A DNA stretch of 30,945 bases from Alphaproteobacteria bacterium (GTDB lineage: Bacteria > Pseudomonadota > Alphaproteobacteria > Micropepsales > Micropepsaceae): NCBI GenBank assembly GCA_031378595.1, contig JANNEL010000037.1, forward strand, positions 1-30,945. Direction: 5' to 3'. This document shows positions 15,413-25,338 of this stretch, one piece after another. The notes under the pieces were generated by a model that saw only the letters and a list, made by a program, of their open reading frames with translations, was not told where the DNA came from and searched no databases. The first letter of the stretch is position 1, and every line of letters begins with the position of its first letter. The position numbers and the translations under genes were made by a program.

Positions 15413-17895
15413 GCGACGCCGTCTTGTGCGAACGGCAGTGTGAAGTAAACACTGGTTCCGATCGCGACTTCGCTTTCGATCACGAGTTTGCCGCCGTGCA
15501 GTTCCACGAGCGCGCTCGAAACCGGAAGGCCGAGGCCCATACCACCGTCGTTTTGGTGGCCTGCGGTTCCGGCTTTCTCGAACGGCTTCATCACGCGCGG
15601 GATGTCGGGGTTGTCGATGCCGACACCGGTGTCGTGGATCCAGATCGCAACGCCGTTTTTCTCGGCGCGTGTTTCGACGGTTATATAGCCGTCGGAACTG
15701 TTGAACTTGATTGCGTTCGACAGAAGGTTAAGCAGCACCTGCTTGATCGCGCGTCTGTCCGCCTTCACAGGCGGCAGATCGGGTGTGTTGATGCGGAACT
15801 GAAGGCCGGCTTCGTCTGCCTTCGGCTTGATCGTCTTGATTGCGTCGTTGACGAGTTGCGATGGATCGACAGCGACGAACTCGAGTTCGATCTTGCCTGA
15901 TTCAATTCGCGCCATGCTGAGGGCGTCGTTGATGAGATCGAGCAGATGCTGACCCGAGCGGTTTATATCGCTCGCGTACTCGGCATAGCGCGGCGGCAGG
16001 GCGCCCAACATTTCGTTCCGCATAACATCGGAGAAACCAATGATGGCGTTGAGCGGCGTGCGGAGTTCATGGCTGACGTTTGCCAGAAATTCCGATTTCG
16101 CGCGGCTGCCTTCTTCGGCGCGCTCTTTCTCGGATTCGAGGCGCTTTGCAAGTTCGCTGAGTTTCCGGGTCTGCGCTTCGAGCAGGTTGCGCGAGGTCTC
16201 AAGTTCGTCCTCGTGCGCCTTCAATGCAGTGATGTCGGTCGCCACCGCGATCTTGCCGCCTTCGAGCGCGCGGCGTTCGCTGACGAGGAGCCAGCGGTTT
16301 CCGGCTTTTTGCAATTCGATCGTTCCGGTATTGCCCGAGGAATCGAACATCTCAAGCGGTGTCGCCGTATCGGCGCCTTCGCCCGGCGATCTGGCGCGTT
16401 TGAAGATCGCCTGGCGCGACTCGCCGGCCTTGATCCCGTCGATGCCGTAGAATTCCTGGAAGCGCTTGTTGCAGACGATGAGCTGGTCGTCGCGGTCCCA
16501 AAGGACGAACGCTTCCGCGGCGTTTTCGAATGCTGCTTCAAGGACACGTTCGACCGCGTCAACGCGGGCGTCGGCGCGTTTCTGGTCGGAGATGTCGAGG
16601 ACGATGCCTGATAGGCGGCCGTCCTCGGAGCGGATCGTGCGGTAGTGCTGACCCTTGGCGCGGACCCAAACCCAGTGTCCGTCGGCGTGTTTGGCGCGGA
16701 ACGAGCGGTCGTAGCCGTCGGCACCGGCGCGGACCGAGGATTCTATTGCGCCGAGGACGAAGCGGTCTTCCGGGTGGATCAGCTGCTCAGCTTCGTCGAA
16801 CGAGAGAATGCGCGGCTGCTTGCCCCGGCCCAAGAGCGCATTCATCGCGCCCGACCAATACAGGCGGCGGTTTGCGATATCCCAATCCCATATTCCGCAC
16901 TTGGCGCCGCTGACGGCGAGTTCGAAGCGTTCCTCTGTGCGGCGTAAGACACCATCGACGCGCGACGTGCGTTCGATTTGTGTGAGCAACGCCCACGCCA
17001 GCCCCGCGCCGAGCAAACTCGGACCGAAGATCATGATTGAGTAGAGGGGGAGGGATTGGTACCATTGCGACAGCGCATCGGCGGCGCGCACGACGGTGAC
17101 GAGCCGGAGATCGTAACCAGGAATTAGACGCGTCGTCGTTAGGTAGTTGGCCCCGCTGTCGGTGATGTAGCGCAGCGCCGGTGTTGTGGACACGTTGGCA
17201 GGGCTGACCGAAGCCGCATGCGCGTAAAGCGCGTCGTCGATTGCCGTGGAAGCGATGCGCCTGGTTTGCGCGTCGGCCAGAATGACACCAACGCTGCGGC
17301 TGCCCTGGACGCTTTCGAGTAGGCTTGTCAGATAGCTTGGATCGATGAGCGCGAATACGAATTGACCGGCGATGCTGTCGCTGCGCATGGCGACCACAAA
17401 GGGGCTTTTGCCAAACTCGTTGTCTGCGAATGAACCGGAAACGAAGCGCACGCTCTCAGGCGTTGAGGCCAGTTTGCGCAACAGCACCATATCGCTCAGC
17501 CGGCGCGGCTCGAGGGGTGCGCCGTTCTTGTCCCAGGCGATGTTGCCCAAGGCGTCAGTGGCGACCACATTGATGAGGGCGGGATCGGTTGCAACGGCAG
17601 CGCCAGGCGACATGCGTGCGGAGCGCCTCAGCATCTCCTGGGTGCGGTCGAGTGCACCCGAGACGAGGGCGCCGGTGACGGCGACAAAGGAGCGAGACTC
17701 GCGTTCAACCTGCTCCAGCGCGATCGCGTGATCTTTGCGCATCTGGATTGAGCCTGCCGCAGCGACCGACAGAACGGTTGCAAGGGTCCCCAGCACAATC
17801 AAAAGGGATGTACGGCGTTTCGCCGTCATCCCCGACCATGCGCCTAAGGCGCCAGCCGACGATGTATGCACTGGTGTTGTTGTGGCTATTGCCAT
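15409..17895 (-). CDS. pleC: PleC-like membrane sensor histidine kinase with PAS domains
   Basis: Two TM segments; PAS (GIWDWD...IHPEDR...DGHWVWV); H-box SRAKSEFLANVSHELRTPLNAIIGFSDVM; N-box QVLLNLLSNAIKF; G-boxes DTGVGI and GMGLGL; adjacent to pepN as recalled for Caulobacter-type genomes. Start 17895 or 17907. Confidence 0.75.
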   Translation of the reverse strand: MAIATTTPVHTSSAGALGAWSGMTAKRRTSLLIVLGTLATVLSVAAAGSIQMRKDHAIALEQVERESRSFVAVTGALVSGALDRTQEMLRRSARMSPGAAVATDPALINVVATDALGNIAWDKNGAPLEPRRLSDMVLLRKLASTPESVRFVSGSFADNEFGKSPFVVAMRSDSIAGQFVFALIDPSYLTSLLESVQGSRSVGVILADAQTRRIASTAIDDALYAHAASVSPANVSTTPALRYITDSGANYLTTTRLIPGYDLRLVTVVRAADALSQWYQSLPLYSIMIFGPSLLGAGLAWALLTQIERTSRVDGVLRRTEERFELAVSGAKCGIWDWDIANRRLYWSGAMNALLGRGKQPRILSFDEAEQLIHPEDRFVLGAIESSVRAGADGYDRSFRAKHADGHWVWVRAKGQHYRTIRSEDGRLSGIVLDISDQKRADARVDAVERVLEAAFENAAEAFVLWDRDDQLIVCNKRFQEFYGIDGIKAGESRQAIFKRARSPGEGADTATPLEMFDSSGNTGTIELQKAGNRWLLVSERRALEGGKIAVATDITALKAHEDELETSRNLLEAQTRKLSELAKRLESEKERAEEGSRAKSEFLANVSHELRTPLNAIIGFSDVMRNEMLGALPPRYAEYASDINRSGQHLLDLINDALSMARIESGKIELEFVAVDPSQLVNDAIKTIKPKADEAGLQFRINTPDLPPVKADRRAIKQVLLNLLSNAIKFNSSDGYITVETRAEKNGVAIWIHDTGVGIDNPDIPRVMKPFEKAGTAGHQNDGGMGLGLPVSSALVELHGGKLVIESEVAIGTSVYFTLPFAQDGVA

Positions 17896-18012
17896 TTTTG
17901 ATCGCACAGACTCGAATCAGGTCCAGTGGCGATTATGTCGGCCGCGTTGGCTTGGGAATACCCAGTGGGTGCGATCTGCAACAGGTAAAAGGGTAATCGA
18001 TGCCTGAAAGAC

Positions 18013-20646
18013 TCAGCCCAGTGTCTTCTCGGTGATCTCGTGCACGTTGCGGGAGAGGTTCTTTGCATCCTTGATGCGCATTAGCTCCTCACGCATCAAT
18101 TTCTGGCGTTTGCCGTCGAAGCGACGCCAGGTTTCGAACGCACCGCACAGTCGAGCTGCAACCTGTGGGTTGAGTTTATCGAGCTTCATGATGTTGTCGG
18201 CCAAGAACGCATAACCTGAACCATCAAGTGCGTGGAAGCGCAGCTGATTGTTCATGGCAAAGGCACCGATCAAACTGCGGACGCGGTTGGGATTTTCGAT
18301 GTTAAAGGCGGCGTGTTTGGTCAAGGCTTTGACCTGTGCGAGCGTGTCCGGGCGGCAGGACATCGCCTGCAAGGACATCCATTTGTCGGTGACCAGGGGA
18401 TTCGCCTTCCACTGCTCGTAGAACTGCTTCAGCGCCTTGTCGCGTTCGTCGCCGTCCATGTCGACCAATGGGGCCATGCCGCCGATCTTGTCGGTCATGT
18501 TGTCGGCGGCGCGGAACTGTTCGAACGCCAGGGTTCGGGTTTCCTTCGAGTCTTCCGCGGCCAGGTAACGCAGACACATGTTGCGCAGCGAGCGCCGACC
18601 GGCGGATGTGGCGTCGGGGCTGTACGGCTCGTTGCTCTTAAGCGATTGGTAGATTTCGCGAAGCGCGCCTTTGTGCGTCGAGGCGAGCGCCTTCTTCAGC
18701 GTCTCGCGCGCGGTGTGGATCGCGTCCGGATCGGCGTCTTCGATTATCTGCGCGAGTTCCATCTCGCCCGGGAGTTGGATCGCGAGTGCAGTGAACGACG
18801 GGTCTTTGCGCGCGTCGCGCAGCAATTCAGCGAATGCGTCGACGTAGAGTTCATCGACCTCCGGTGTTTTGCCGGCGACGACTTGCTTCGTCATGCGCAG
18901 CAGTGAGCCTGTGGCAATGCTCTGGCCCGCTTCCCAGCGATTGAAGGCATCCGAGTCCTTCGCCATCAGGAACGCGCGATCTTCGCCGTTCGTGCCCACG
19001 TCGAAGCGAACTGGCGCGGAAAAGCCGCGGCCGATCGACGGCACGACCGGTTCGCCGACGCCGGTTAGTTTGAACGTCTGCTTCGCTTTGCGCAGATTCA
19101 GGACGTGCGTCGTCGCCTTGTCGCCCTCGTGGGTCACACTGAGGTCGCGGCCGCTCTTGCGTCCGACGAGGCCGACGGAGACAGGGATGTGCATCGGCTC
19201 CTTCGCCTTTTGTCCCGGTGTGCCGGCCAAATGCTGCTCCAGCGTCACTTCGTAGGTTTTGGTTGCGGCATCGTATTTGCCGCGGGCTTTCACGCGCGGC
19301 GTTCCGGCTTGCGAGTACCATAGCTTGAACTGCGTGAGCTCCACGTCGTTCGCGTCTTCCATCGCCTTGATGAAGTCGTCGCACGTGGCCGCCGTGCCGT
19401 CGTGGCGTGCGAAATAGAGGTCAGATCCTTTGCGGAAGCCTTCGGCGCCTAAGATCGTGCGCACCATGCGGCAGAGTTCGGCGCCCTTCTCGTACACCGT
19501 GGCCGTGTAGAAGTTGTCGATCGTGAGGTACGAATCCGGTCGCACGGGATGGGCGAGCGGTCCGCCGTCTTCTTGGAATTGCCGCGCGCGCAACGCGCGC
19601 ACGTCGCCGATGCGTTCGACGGCGGCGGAACGCATGTCGGCCGAGAACGACTGATCGCGGAAGACGGTGAAGCCTTCTTTCAGCGAGAGCTGGAACCAGT
19701 CGCGGCAGGTGACGCGATTGCCCGACCAGTTGTGGAAGTACTCGTGGCCGACGACGGCTTCGATCAGGTCGTAGTCGGTGTCGGTCGCGGTGTCGGGGCG
19801 CGCCAGTATCAGCTTATCGTTGAAGATGTTAAGGCCTTTGTTCTCCATCGCACCGAAGTTGAAGGCGCTAACGGCTACGATGTTGAAGACATCGAGGTCG
19901 TACTCGCGGCCGAACGCGTCTTCGTCCCACTTCATGGAGCGCTTCAACGCGCCCATAGCGAAGTCGACTTTGTCTTCGTTGCCGTGCGTGACGTAGATGC
20001 CGAGTTTGACGCGGCGGCCGGAGCTCGTGACATAGTGGTCTTCGGCGTGTGCCAAGTCGCCCGCGACAAGGGCGAAAAGGTACGACGGCTTCGGAAACGG
20101 GTCGTCCCATTCGGCCATGTGGCGGCCGCCCGGTAGCGCGGTGTAGCCGTCGGGGTTGCCGTTCGAGAGCAGCACGGGAAAGCGCGCCTTGTCGGCGATC
20201 ATCCGTACGCGGTAGGACGACATGTTGTCCGGCCGGTCGTACGAGTAGGTGATGCGGCGAAAGCCTTCGGCCTCGCACTGCGTGCAAAACATGCCGTCGG
20301 ACATGTAGAGGCCGCTGAGCGCTGTGTTCGCTTTCGGATTGATCTCAACCGCGGTATCGAGCCGGAAGCGCGTTGCCGGCGGGTTCTTGATCGTGAGCTT
20401 TTCCGGCGTCACCTCATACGCGTCGGCAGGCAACGGCCGGCTGTCGAGCTTGATGTCGAGGAGTTTCAGATGTTCGCCGTCGAGCACCAGCGGCCCGACC
20501 GCATCGTTTTGGCGTTCGACGTGAAGCGTTGCGTAGACGCGGGTCGCCGTTTCATCCAGGTGGAATTCGAGTTCGGTCCGCGCCACGCGATAGGGCGCGG
20601 GGCGGTAGTCTTGGCGGCGGATCGGAATCGGCGTCTCGGTCTTCAT
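18013..20646 (-). CDS. pepN: Aminopeptidase N (M1 family)
   Basis: GAMENKGLNIFN, HEYFHNWSGNRVTCRDWFQLSLKEG, NFYTATVYEKGAE, NPNRVRSL. Confidence 0.97.
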   Translation of the reverse strand: MKTETPIPIRRQDYRPAPYRVARTELEFHLDETATRVYATLHVERQNDAVGPLVLDGEHLKLLDIKLDSRPLPADAYEVTPEKLTIKNPPATRFRLDTAVEINPKANTALSGLYMSDGMFCTQCEAEGFRRITYSYDRPDNMSSYRVRMIADKARFPVLLSNGNPDGYTALPGGRHMAEWDDPFPKPSYLFALVAGDLAHAEDHYVTSSGRRVKLGIYVTHGNEDKVDFAMGALKRSMKWDEDAFGREYDLDVFNIVAVSAFNFGAMENKGLNIFNDKLILARPDTATDTDYDLIEAVVGHEYFHNWSGNRVTCRDWFQLSLKEGFTVFRDQSFSADMRSAAVERIGDVRALRARQFQEDGGPLAHPVRPDSYLTIDNFYTATVYEKGAELCRMVRTILGAEGFRKGSDLYFARHDGTAATCDDFIKAMEDANDVELTQFKLWYSQAGTPRVKARGKYDAATKTYEVTLEQHLAGTPGQKAKEPMHIPVSVGLVGRKSGRDLSVTHEGDKATTHVLNLRKAKQTFKLTGVGEPVVPSIGRGFSAPVRFDVGTNGEDRAFLMAKDSDAFNRWEAGQSIATGSLLRMTKQVVAGKTPEVDELYVDAFAELLRDARKDPSFTALAIQLPGEMELAQIIEDADPDAIHTARETLKKALASTHKGALREIYQSLKSNEPYSPDATSAGRRSLRNMCLRYLAAEDSKETRTLAFEQFRAADNMTDKIGGMAPLVDMDGDERDKALKQFYEQWKANPLVTDKWMSLQAMSCRPDTLAQVKALTKHAAFNIENPNRVRSLIGAFAMNNQLRFHALDGSGYAFLADNIMKLDKLNPQVAARLCGAFETWRRFDGKRQKLMREELMRIKDAKNLSRNVHEITEKTLG

Positions 20647-20711
20647 TGCGCGGGGCTCTCACAAGTCGAAGCCTCGCGTTGTATGCGATTTGCGCCGTAG
20701 CGGGGTAGGGC

Positions 20712-21506
20712 CTAATCGAACACAGCATTGAGATCGAGCCGCGGGCCTGCCAATCCGCCGAATGTGCCGTGCTCCGCGATTTCCTTTGCGGCAGCGGAAA
20801 ACCCGCGCCAGGCGGCTTGCGCCAGTGAACCGCCGACGCTGATCCGGCGGACGCCGAGGTCGGCGATCTCCGCCACCGTGATCCAGGGGCCGCCGATCAG
20901 GTTTACCGGTTTCGGCGCGACCGCGCGTACAACGGCTGCGATGTCGTCCTTCTTGTTTAGGCCCGGTGCAAACAGGCAGTCGGCACCCGCGGTGGAATAC
21001 GCTTGGAGGCGCTTGATGGTTTCGGCGAGATCGGGACGGCCTCTGATGAAGCCTTCGGTGCGCGCCGTGAGCAGCACGCCGCTGCCCGTTTTGTCGATCG
21101 CGGCGCGGGCGGCCTTGATGCGGTCGACGGCTTTGCCGAAGGCGTAGAGAGGCTCGGCGCCGTCTTGCGTCGAGTCTTCGATCGAGAGCCCGGCGATGCC
21201 GGTTGCGATGGCTTTCGTCACGTTGGCGGCGACGCCTTCGGGTTCGACGGCCAGACCGTCTTCGAAATCGGCGTTGACCGGAATGCTCACGGCGCCGGCC
21301 AGCGCTTTGAGATGCGCGAGCAACTGCTCAAGCGTCACGTCGTTGTCGCTGTGACCTTGAGACCAGGCGAACCCTGCGCTGGTACTTGCGATCGCTTTGA
21401 AGCCCAGCTTCTCGAGATAGATCGCGCTGCCGGGGTCCCACGGGTTCGGGATGACGAAGCAGCCGCTTTCGTGCAGGCGACGGAACGTGTCGATCTTGGA
21501 TGACAT
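20712..21506 (-). CDS. Isocitrate lyase / PEP mutase family protein
   Basis: IPNPWDPGSA, AIASTSAG, PVNADFEDG, GLSIED, LTARTEGF, GADCLFAPG, RRISVGG; ATG 21506 chosen. Confidence 0.9.
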   Translation of the reverse strand: MSSKIDTFRRLHESGCFVIPNPWDPGSAIYLEKLGFKAIASTSAGFAWSQGHSDNDVTLEQLLAHLKALAGAVSIPVNADFEDGLAVEPEGVAANVTKAIATGIAGLSIEDSTQDGAEPLYAFGKAVDRIKAARAAIDKTGSGVLLTARTEGFIRGRPDLAETIKRLQAYSTAGADCLFAPGLNKKDDIAAVVRAVAPKPVNLIGGPWITVAEIADLGVRRISVGGSLAQAAWRGFSAAAKEIAEHGTFGGLAGPRLDLNAVFD

Positions 21507-21591
21507 GGCGGCCTTCCGGAAAAAGTTCGGGCGTCGCACCAGATGGCGGACGCCCAAACGTCAAATCTTCCCGTAAGCTGATGTCAACAGG

Positions 21592-22131
21592 TTACTGCGG
21601 GATGTCCTGCTCGATGTAGCGCAGCATGCCTGCCGCTTCTTGGCAAAGCGTTTGAATTTCGTGCGGGACGTTCTCCGCCTCAAGCTTCACGAAATCGTTG
21701 AGGGCGCGCAGGAGGGCCGCCATCTTCGGCGCCGTCACGATCATCCGCGCCTGATGTTCGATTTTCTCCGGATAGAGATCGTATTCCGCACCCGGCGTAC
21801 GCCAGCCGCCCCATTCGGCCTCACCCGTCACGACCTGCGGATGCGTGCCGGGGTAGGGGTGGTTGCCGCACTCTTCAGGGGCTTTGTATTTGTTCTTCGC
21901 GCGCACAAGGCGCCAGTTTTCGGCACCGGCTGCGACGCTCGACGTGTTGTGCGATTGCTCGGTTTGCAGTTCTTCGGCGGTGAATTCGCGCCCGAGGCCG
22001 ACATCGTAGAAAATGCGCAGCGGCTCGTCCAAGCCCTTGGTCCAATGGGGGACCACGCGCTCGATCGTCGACCACGTCCCGACGGTCCGCACATAGATGC
22101 GCTGGTTCTTGTGAAATACTGCTTTTGCCAT
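21592..22131 (-). CDS. Hypothetical protein (179 aa)
   Basis: Clean ORF with typical coding composition (MAKAVFHKNQRIYVRTVGTW...FYDVGLGREF) filling the gap between genes. Confidence 0.8.
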   Translation of the reverse strand: MAKAVFHKNQRIYVRTVGTWSTIERVVPHWTKGLDEPLRIFYDVGLGREFTAEELQTEQSHNTSSVAAGAENWRLVRAKNKYKAPEECGNHPYPGTHPQVVTGEAEWGGWRTPGAEYDLYPEKIEHQARMIVTAPKMAALLRALNDFVKLEAENVPHEIQTLCQEAAGMLRYIEQDIPQ

Positions 22132-22193
22132 GACTTGCCCCTGGCGCCATTTTTCGGCGCTTCATCCCAGGGCGTCATCGTGACGGATGCGGC

Positions 22194-22208
22194 TTAAGGT
22201 GCGGTTAA
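22194..22208. promoter_or_regulatory. CtrA-type binding box TTAA-N7-TTAA
   Basis: TTAA ggtgcgg TTAA in an 80-bp GC-rich intergenic gap, about 63 bp upstream of the 22131 start. Confidence 0.65.
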
Positions 22209-22212
22209 GCGA

Positions 22213-25200
22213 TCACTTTGCGGGCGAGATGCGGCGGCCGAAAAGCCCGCGAATTCGCGACTGGAATCCGCCAAATCCTGCGTAGGCGTCCGCCATTAAC
22301 GTGTAGGCAACCGGAACGATGAAAAGCGTCAAGAGCGTCGACGACAGGATGCCGCCGATCATCAGCACGCCCATACCGTTGCGGAACTCCGCACCTTGGC
22401 TCGTCGAGATCGCGACGGGAATCATGCCGAAAACGGTCGCGAGCTGGGTCATCAGGACCGGGCGCATACGCCGGGGGCCTGCTTCTTCCATCGCTTCGCG
22501 CGCCGTTATGTTGCGTGTTTCGCGCGCGGTGTTCGCGTAGTCGACGAGCAGAATGCCGTTCTTCATGACGAGGCCCATCAGCGCGATCATGCCGATTTGG
22601 GCGAACATGGTCATCGTCATGCCGGTGAACGAGAGCGCGGCAAATGCGCCGACGAATGACAACGGCGCCGTCAGCATGATGATTGCGGGCTGGGAGAAGC
22701 TGTTGAACTGGCTGGCCAGGATCATATAGAGCGCGACCAGGGCCAGCAGGAACGCGAAGCCGATCGCTTGGGCGGATTCCTTCATGCGTTCCGCTTGGCC
22801 AATGTATGTGCCGGTATAGCCTTGCGGCAGACCGACATCAGCCACGATTTGCTGCAGCTTGTCGGTTGCCGTGCCGAGCGCGACGCCCGGCGGATTGTTC
22901 GCGAGGATCGTGATCGTGCGCGCGCGGTTGCGCCGGTCGACTTGGGCCGGGCCCTCCTCGATTTTAAACTCGGCGAGGCTTGCCAGGTCGACCAGGCCGC
23001 CGTTTGTGCTGCGGACCTGGATCTGATCGAGTTTCGTTGGGTCGTTGCGCTGGGATTCTTCGAGGCGGACGTGGACGTCGTAGCGATTGCCGAGTTCCTC
23101 GTAGGTGCCGGCATCGACGCCGCCGATGAGCGCGCGAACGGTCGTGGCAAGCGGACGGATCGCGACACCGAGATCGGCGGCGCGGCCGCGATCGACGTGG
23201 ATCTGCACTTCGGGCTTGCCTGCTTCGTAAGACGAACGGGCGTCCGTGAAGGTCGCCGTGTCGGCGCGCATGCGGGCCACGATCGCGTCGGATTTCTCGC
23301 GCAGCGTTTCCAGCGACCGTCCCTGCAGCGAATAGGTGATCGCGGTGTTGAAGCTCGAGCTGCCGCCGATCCAGGGAACTTCCGTCGCCTCGATGTGTTT
23401 GGCTTCCGGCACGACTTTGGCCAGAAGCGCGCGTACGTGTTGCATGACGACGAACTGGTTTTCGGCGTACGAGCGCTCACGCTTCGACGTGAGGCCGACA
23501 TAGAGATTGATGCGGTTGATACGCGGCTGAGCGCCGCCGCCGACAGTCGCGAACACGGTTTTAACGTGTTCCGTCGCCTGGAGCGTCTTGCTGACGCGCG
23601 CGGCCACGGCTTTCGTGTCGGCGATGCCGGTGCCGTAGGGCAGGTCGATGGTCGCCAAGAACTCCGAGCGGTCTGTCTTGGCTTGGAAATCGAACGGGAT
23701 GCCGCGGGCGAGCATGACGCCGGCGACGATCGTCGCGAGGCCGATGCCGAGCACTGTCCAACGGCGTTCAAGCGACCAATGGAGGATGCGCTTGTAAACG
23801 CTCTCGAGTCCATGGTGGAAGCCTTCGATCCGTTGCGCGAACGGTCCGAGATGCAGCTTGCTCAAGAATTTGGAGCAGAGCGCGGGGGTCAACGTCAGCG
23901 AAACGAGTAATGACACCAGAACCGAGAAAACGATCGCTAGGCCGTATTGGTAAAAGAAGCGTCCGACGACGCCCTCCATGAATGCGATCGGCACGAACAC
24001 GGCGACCACCGCCCAGGTGCCCGCCATGACGGCGACCGCGACTTCGCTTGTGCCTTTGGAGGCAGCTTCCGCGGGGTTCAAGCCTTCTTCAAGTTTGCGG
24101 TGAACGCTTTCGAGGACGACGATCGCGTCGTCGACGAGGAGGCCGACAGACACGGAAAACGCCATGAGCGTCAAGTTGTTGAGCGTGAAGCCGGCCCAAT
24201 AGAACGCAAAGAAGGTTGCAATCAACGAGGTGGGCATCGCGACCGCAACGATAATCGTAGCGCGGAAGTCGAGCAGAAACGCCATCGTGATCACGATGAC
24301 GAGGAAGATGCCCAGCATGATGTCGAAGCCGACGTCGTTCACCGACTCTTCGATGAAGAGCGAGATGTCGCGCGCGACGACCATCTTGACGCCGGCGGGC
24401 ACCGCGCTTCGCATCGACTCGATTTCGCGCTTGACGGCCTTTGCGACCTCAACGGTGTTTTGTCCCGATTGGCGGCGGACCTCGAGCGAGATGCCGGGCT
24501 TGCCGTTTAGGGTCGCAAAGGTGCGTTCGTCCTCGGCGCCATCTTCGACGCGGGCGATGTCGCCCAGAAGTGTAGGCAGCGCGAGTTGGCGGAACGAGAC
24601 GACAATGTTCTTGAAGTCTTCGACGCGCTTGACCTCGCCTTTCGTCTTGACGCTGAATTCGGCGTGTTCGCCCGAGAGTTCCAAATTGCCGCCGGGCATG
24701 TCGGCGTTTTCACGGCGCAGCGCCGAGACGACATCGTCGGCCGTGACGTTGAGCGCGCGCATTTTGTTAGCGTCGAGCCAGATGCGGATTTGCCGGGCGC
24801 GGCCGCCTAGGATCGTGACTTGGCCGACACCGGAGACGCGTTCGAGGCGCTCCTTGATTTGCTTGTCTGCGAACTCGGTAAGATCGCGCGTCGGCATGTC
24901 GCCCGAGAGCATGACCGAGAGGATCGGTTCGGCGTCGGGGTCAATCTTTTGGATGATTGGCTGCTCTGCGTCCTGCGGCAGGTCGCGGATCGCGAGGTTG
25001 ACCTTGTCGCGAACGTCTTGAGCTTTGACGTCGGAATTTTCGTTGAGGCCGAATTCGATGATGATCTGCGAGAGGCCTTCGTAGCTTTGCGACGAGAGCG
25101 ATTTGATACCGGAGATCGTGTTGACCTGGGCTTCAATCGTGTCGGTGACGTCGGTTTCTATCGCGTCGGGGCTTGCGCCTTCGAGCACGGTCATGACGTT

Positions 25201-25335
25201 CACATAGGGAAACTCAACGCGCGGGAAGAGATCGACCCCGATCCGCTGCAGCGATACCCACCCAAGCGCGACCAACGCGCCGATGACCATCGTGGCCAGA
25301 ACTGGCCGGCGGATCGAAAGATCGGAAATCCACAT
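22213..25335 (-). CDS. RND efflux transporter permease subunit (AcrB/AcrD/AcrF family)
   Basis: SIRRPVLA, proton-relay residues VDDAIVVLE, MKNGILLV, RMRPVLMT; 1040 aa. Confidence 0.95.
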   Translation of the reverse strand: MWISDLSIRRPVLATMVIGALVALGWVSLQRIGVDLFPRVEFPYVNVMTVLEGASPDAIETDVTDTIEAQVNTISGIKSLSSQSYEGLSQIIIEFGLNENSDVKAQDVRDKVNLAIRDLPQDAEQPIIQKIDPDAEPILSVMLSGDMPTRDLTEFADKQIKERLERVSGVGQVTILGGRARQIRIWLDANKMRALNVTADDVVSALRRENADMPGGNLELSGEHAEFSVKTKGEVKRVEDFKNIVVSFRQLALPTLLGDIARVEDGAEDERTFATLNGKPGISLEVRRQSGQNTVEVAKAVKREIESMRSAVPAGVKMVVARDISLFIEESVNDVGFDIMLGIFLVIVITMAFLLDFRATIIVAVAMPTSLIATFFAFYWAGFTLNNLTLMAFSVSVGLLVDDAIVVLESVHRKLEEGLNPAEAASKGTSEVAVAVMAGTWAVVAVFVPIAFMEGVVGRFFYQYGLAIVFSVLVSLLVSLTLTPALCSKFLSKLHLGPFAQRIEGFHHGLESVYKRILHWSLERRWTVLGIGLATIVAGVMLARGIPFDFQAKTDRSEFLATIDLPYGTGIADTKAVAARVSKTLQATEHVKTVFATVGGGAQPRINRINLYVGLTSKRERSYAENQFVVMQHVRALLAKVVPEAKHIEATEVPWIGGSSSFNTAITYSLQGRSLETLREKSDAIVARMRADTATFTDARSSYEAGKPEVQIHVDRGRAADLGVAIRPLATTVRALIGGVDAGTYEELGNRYDVHVRLEESQRNDPTKLDQIQVRSTNGGLVDLASLAEFKIEEGPAQVDRRNRARTITILANNPPGVALGTATDKLQQIVADVGLPQGYTGTYIGQAERMKESAQAIGFAFLLALVALYMILASQFNSFSQPAIIMLTAPLSFVGAFAALSFTGMTMTMFAQIGMIALMGLVMKNGILLVDYANTARETRNITAREAMEEAGPRRMRPVLMTQLATVFGMIPVAISTSQGAEFRNGMGVLMIGGILSSTLLTLFIVPVAYTLMADAYAGFGGFQSRIRGLFGRRISPAK

Positions 25336-25338
25336 GGA

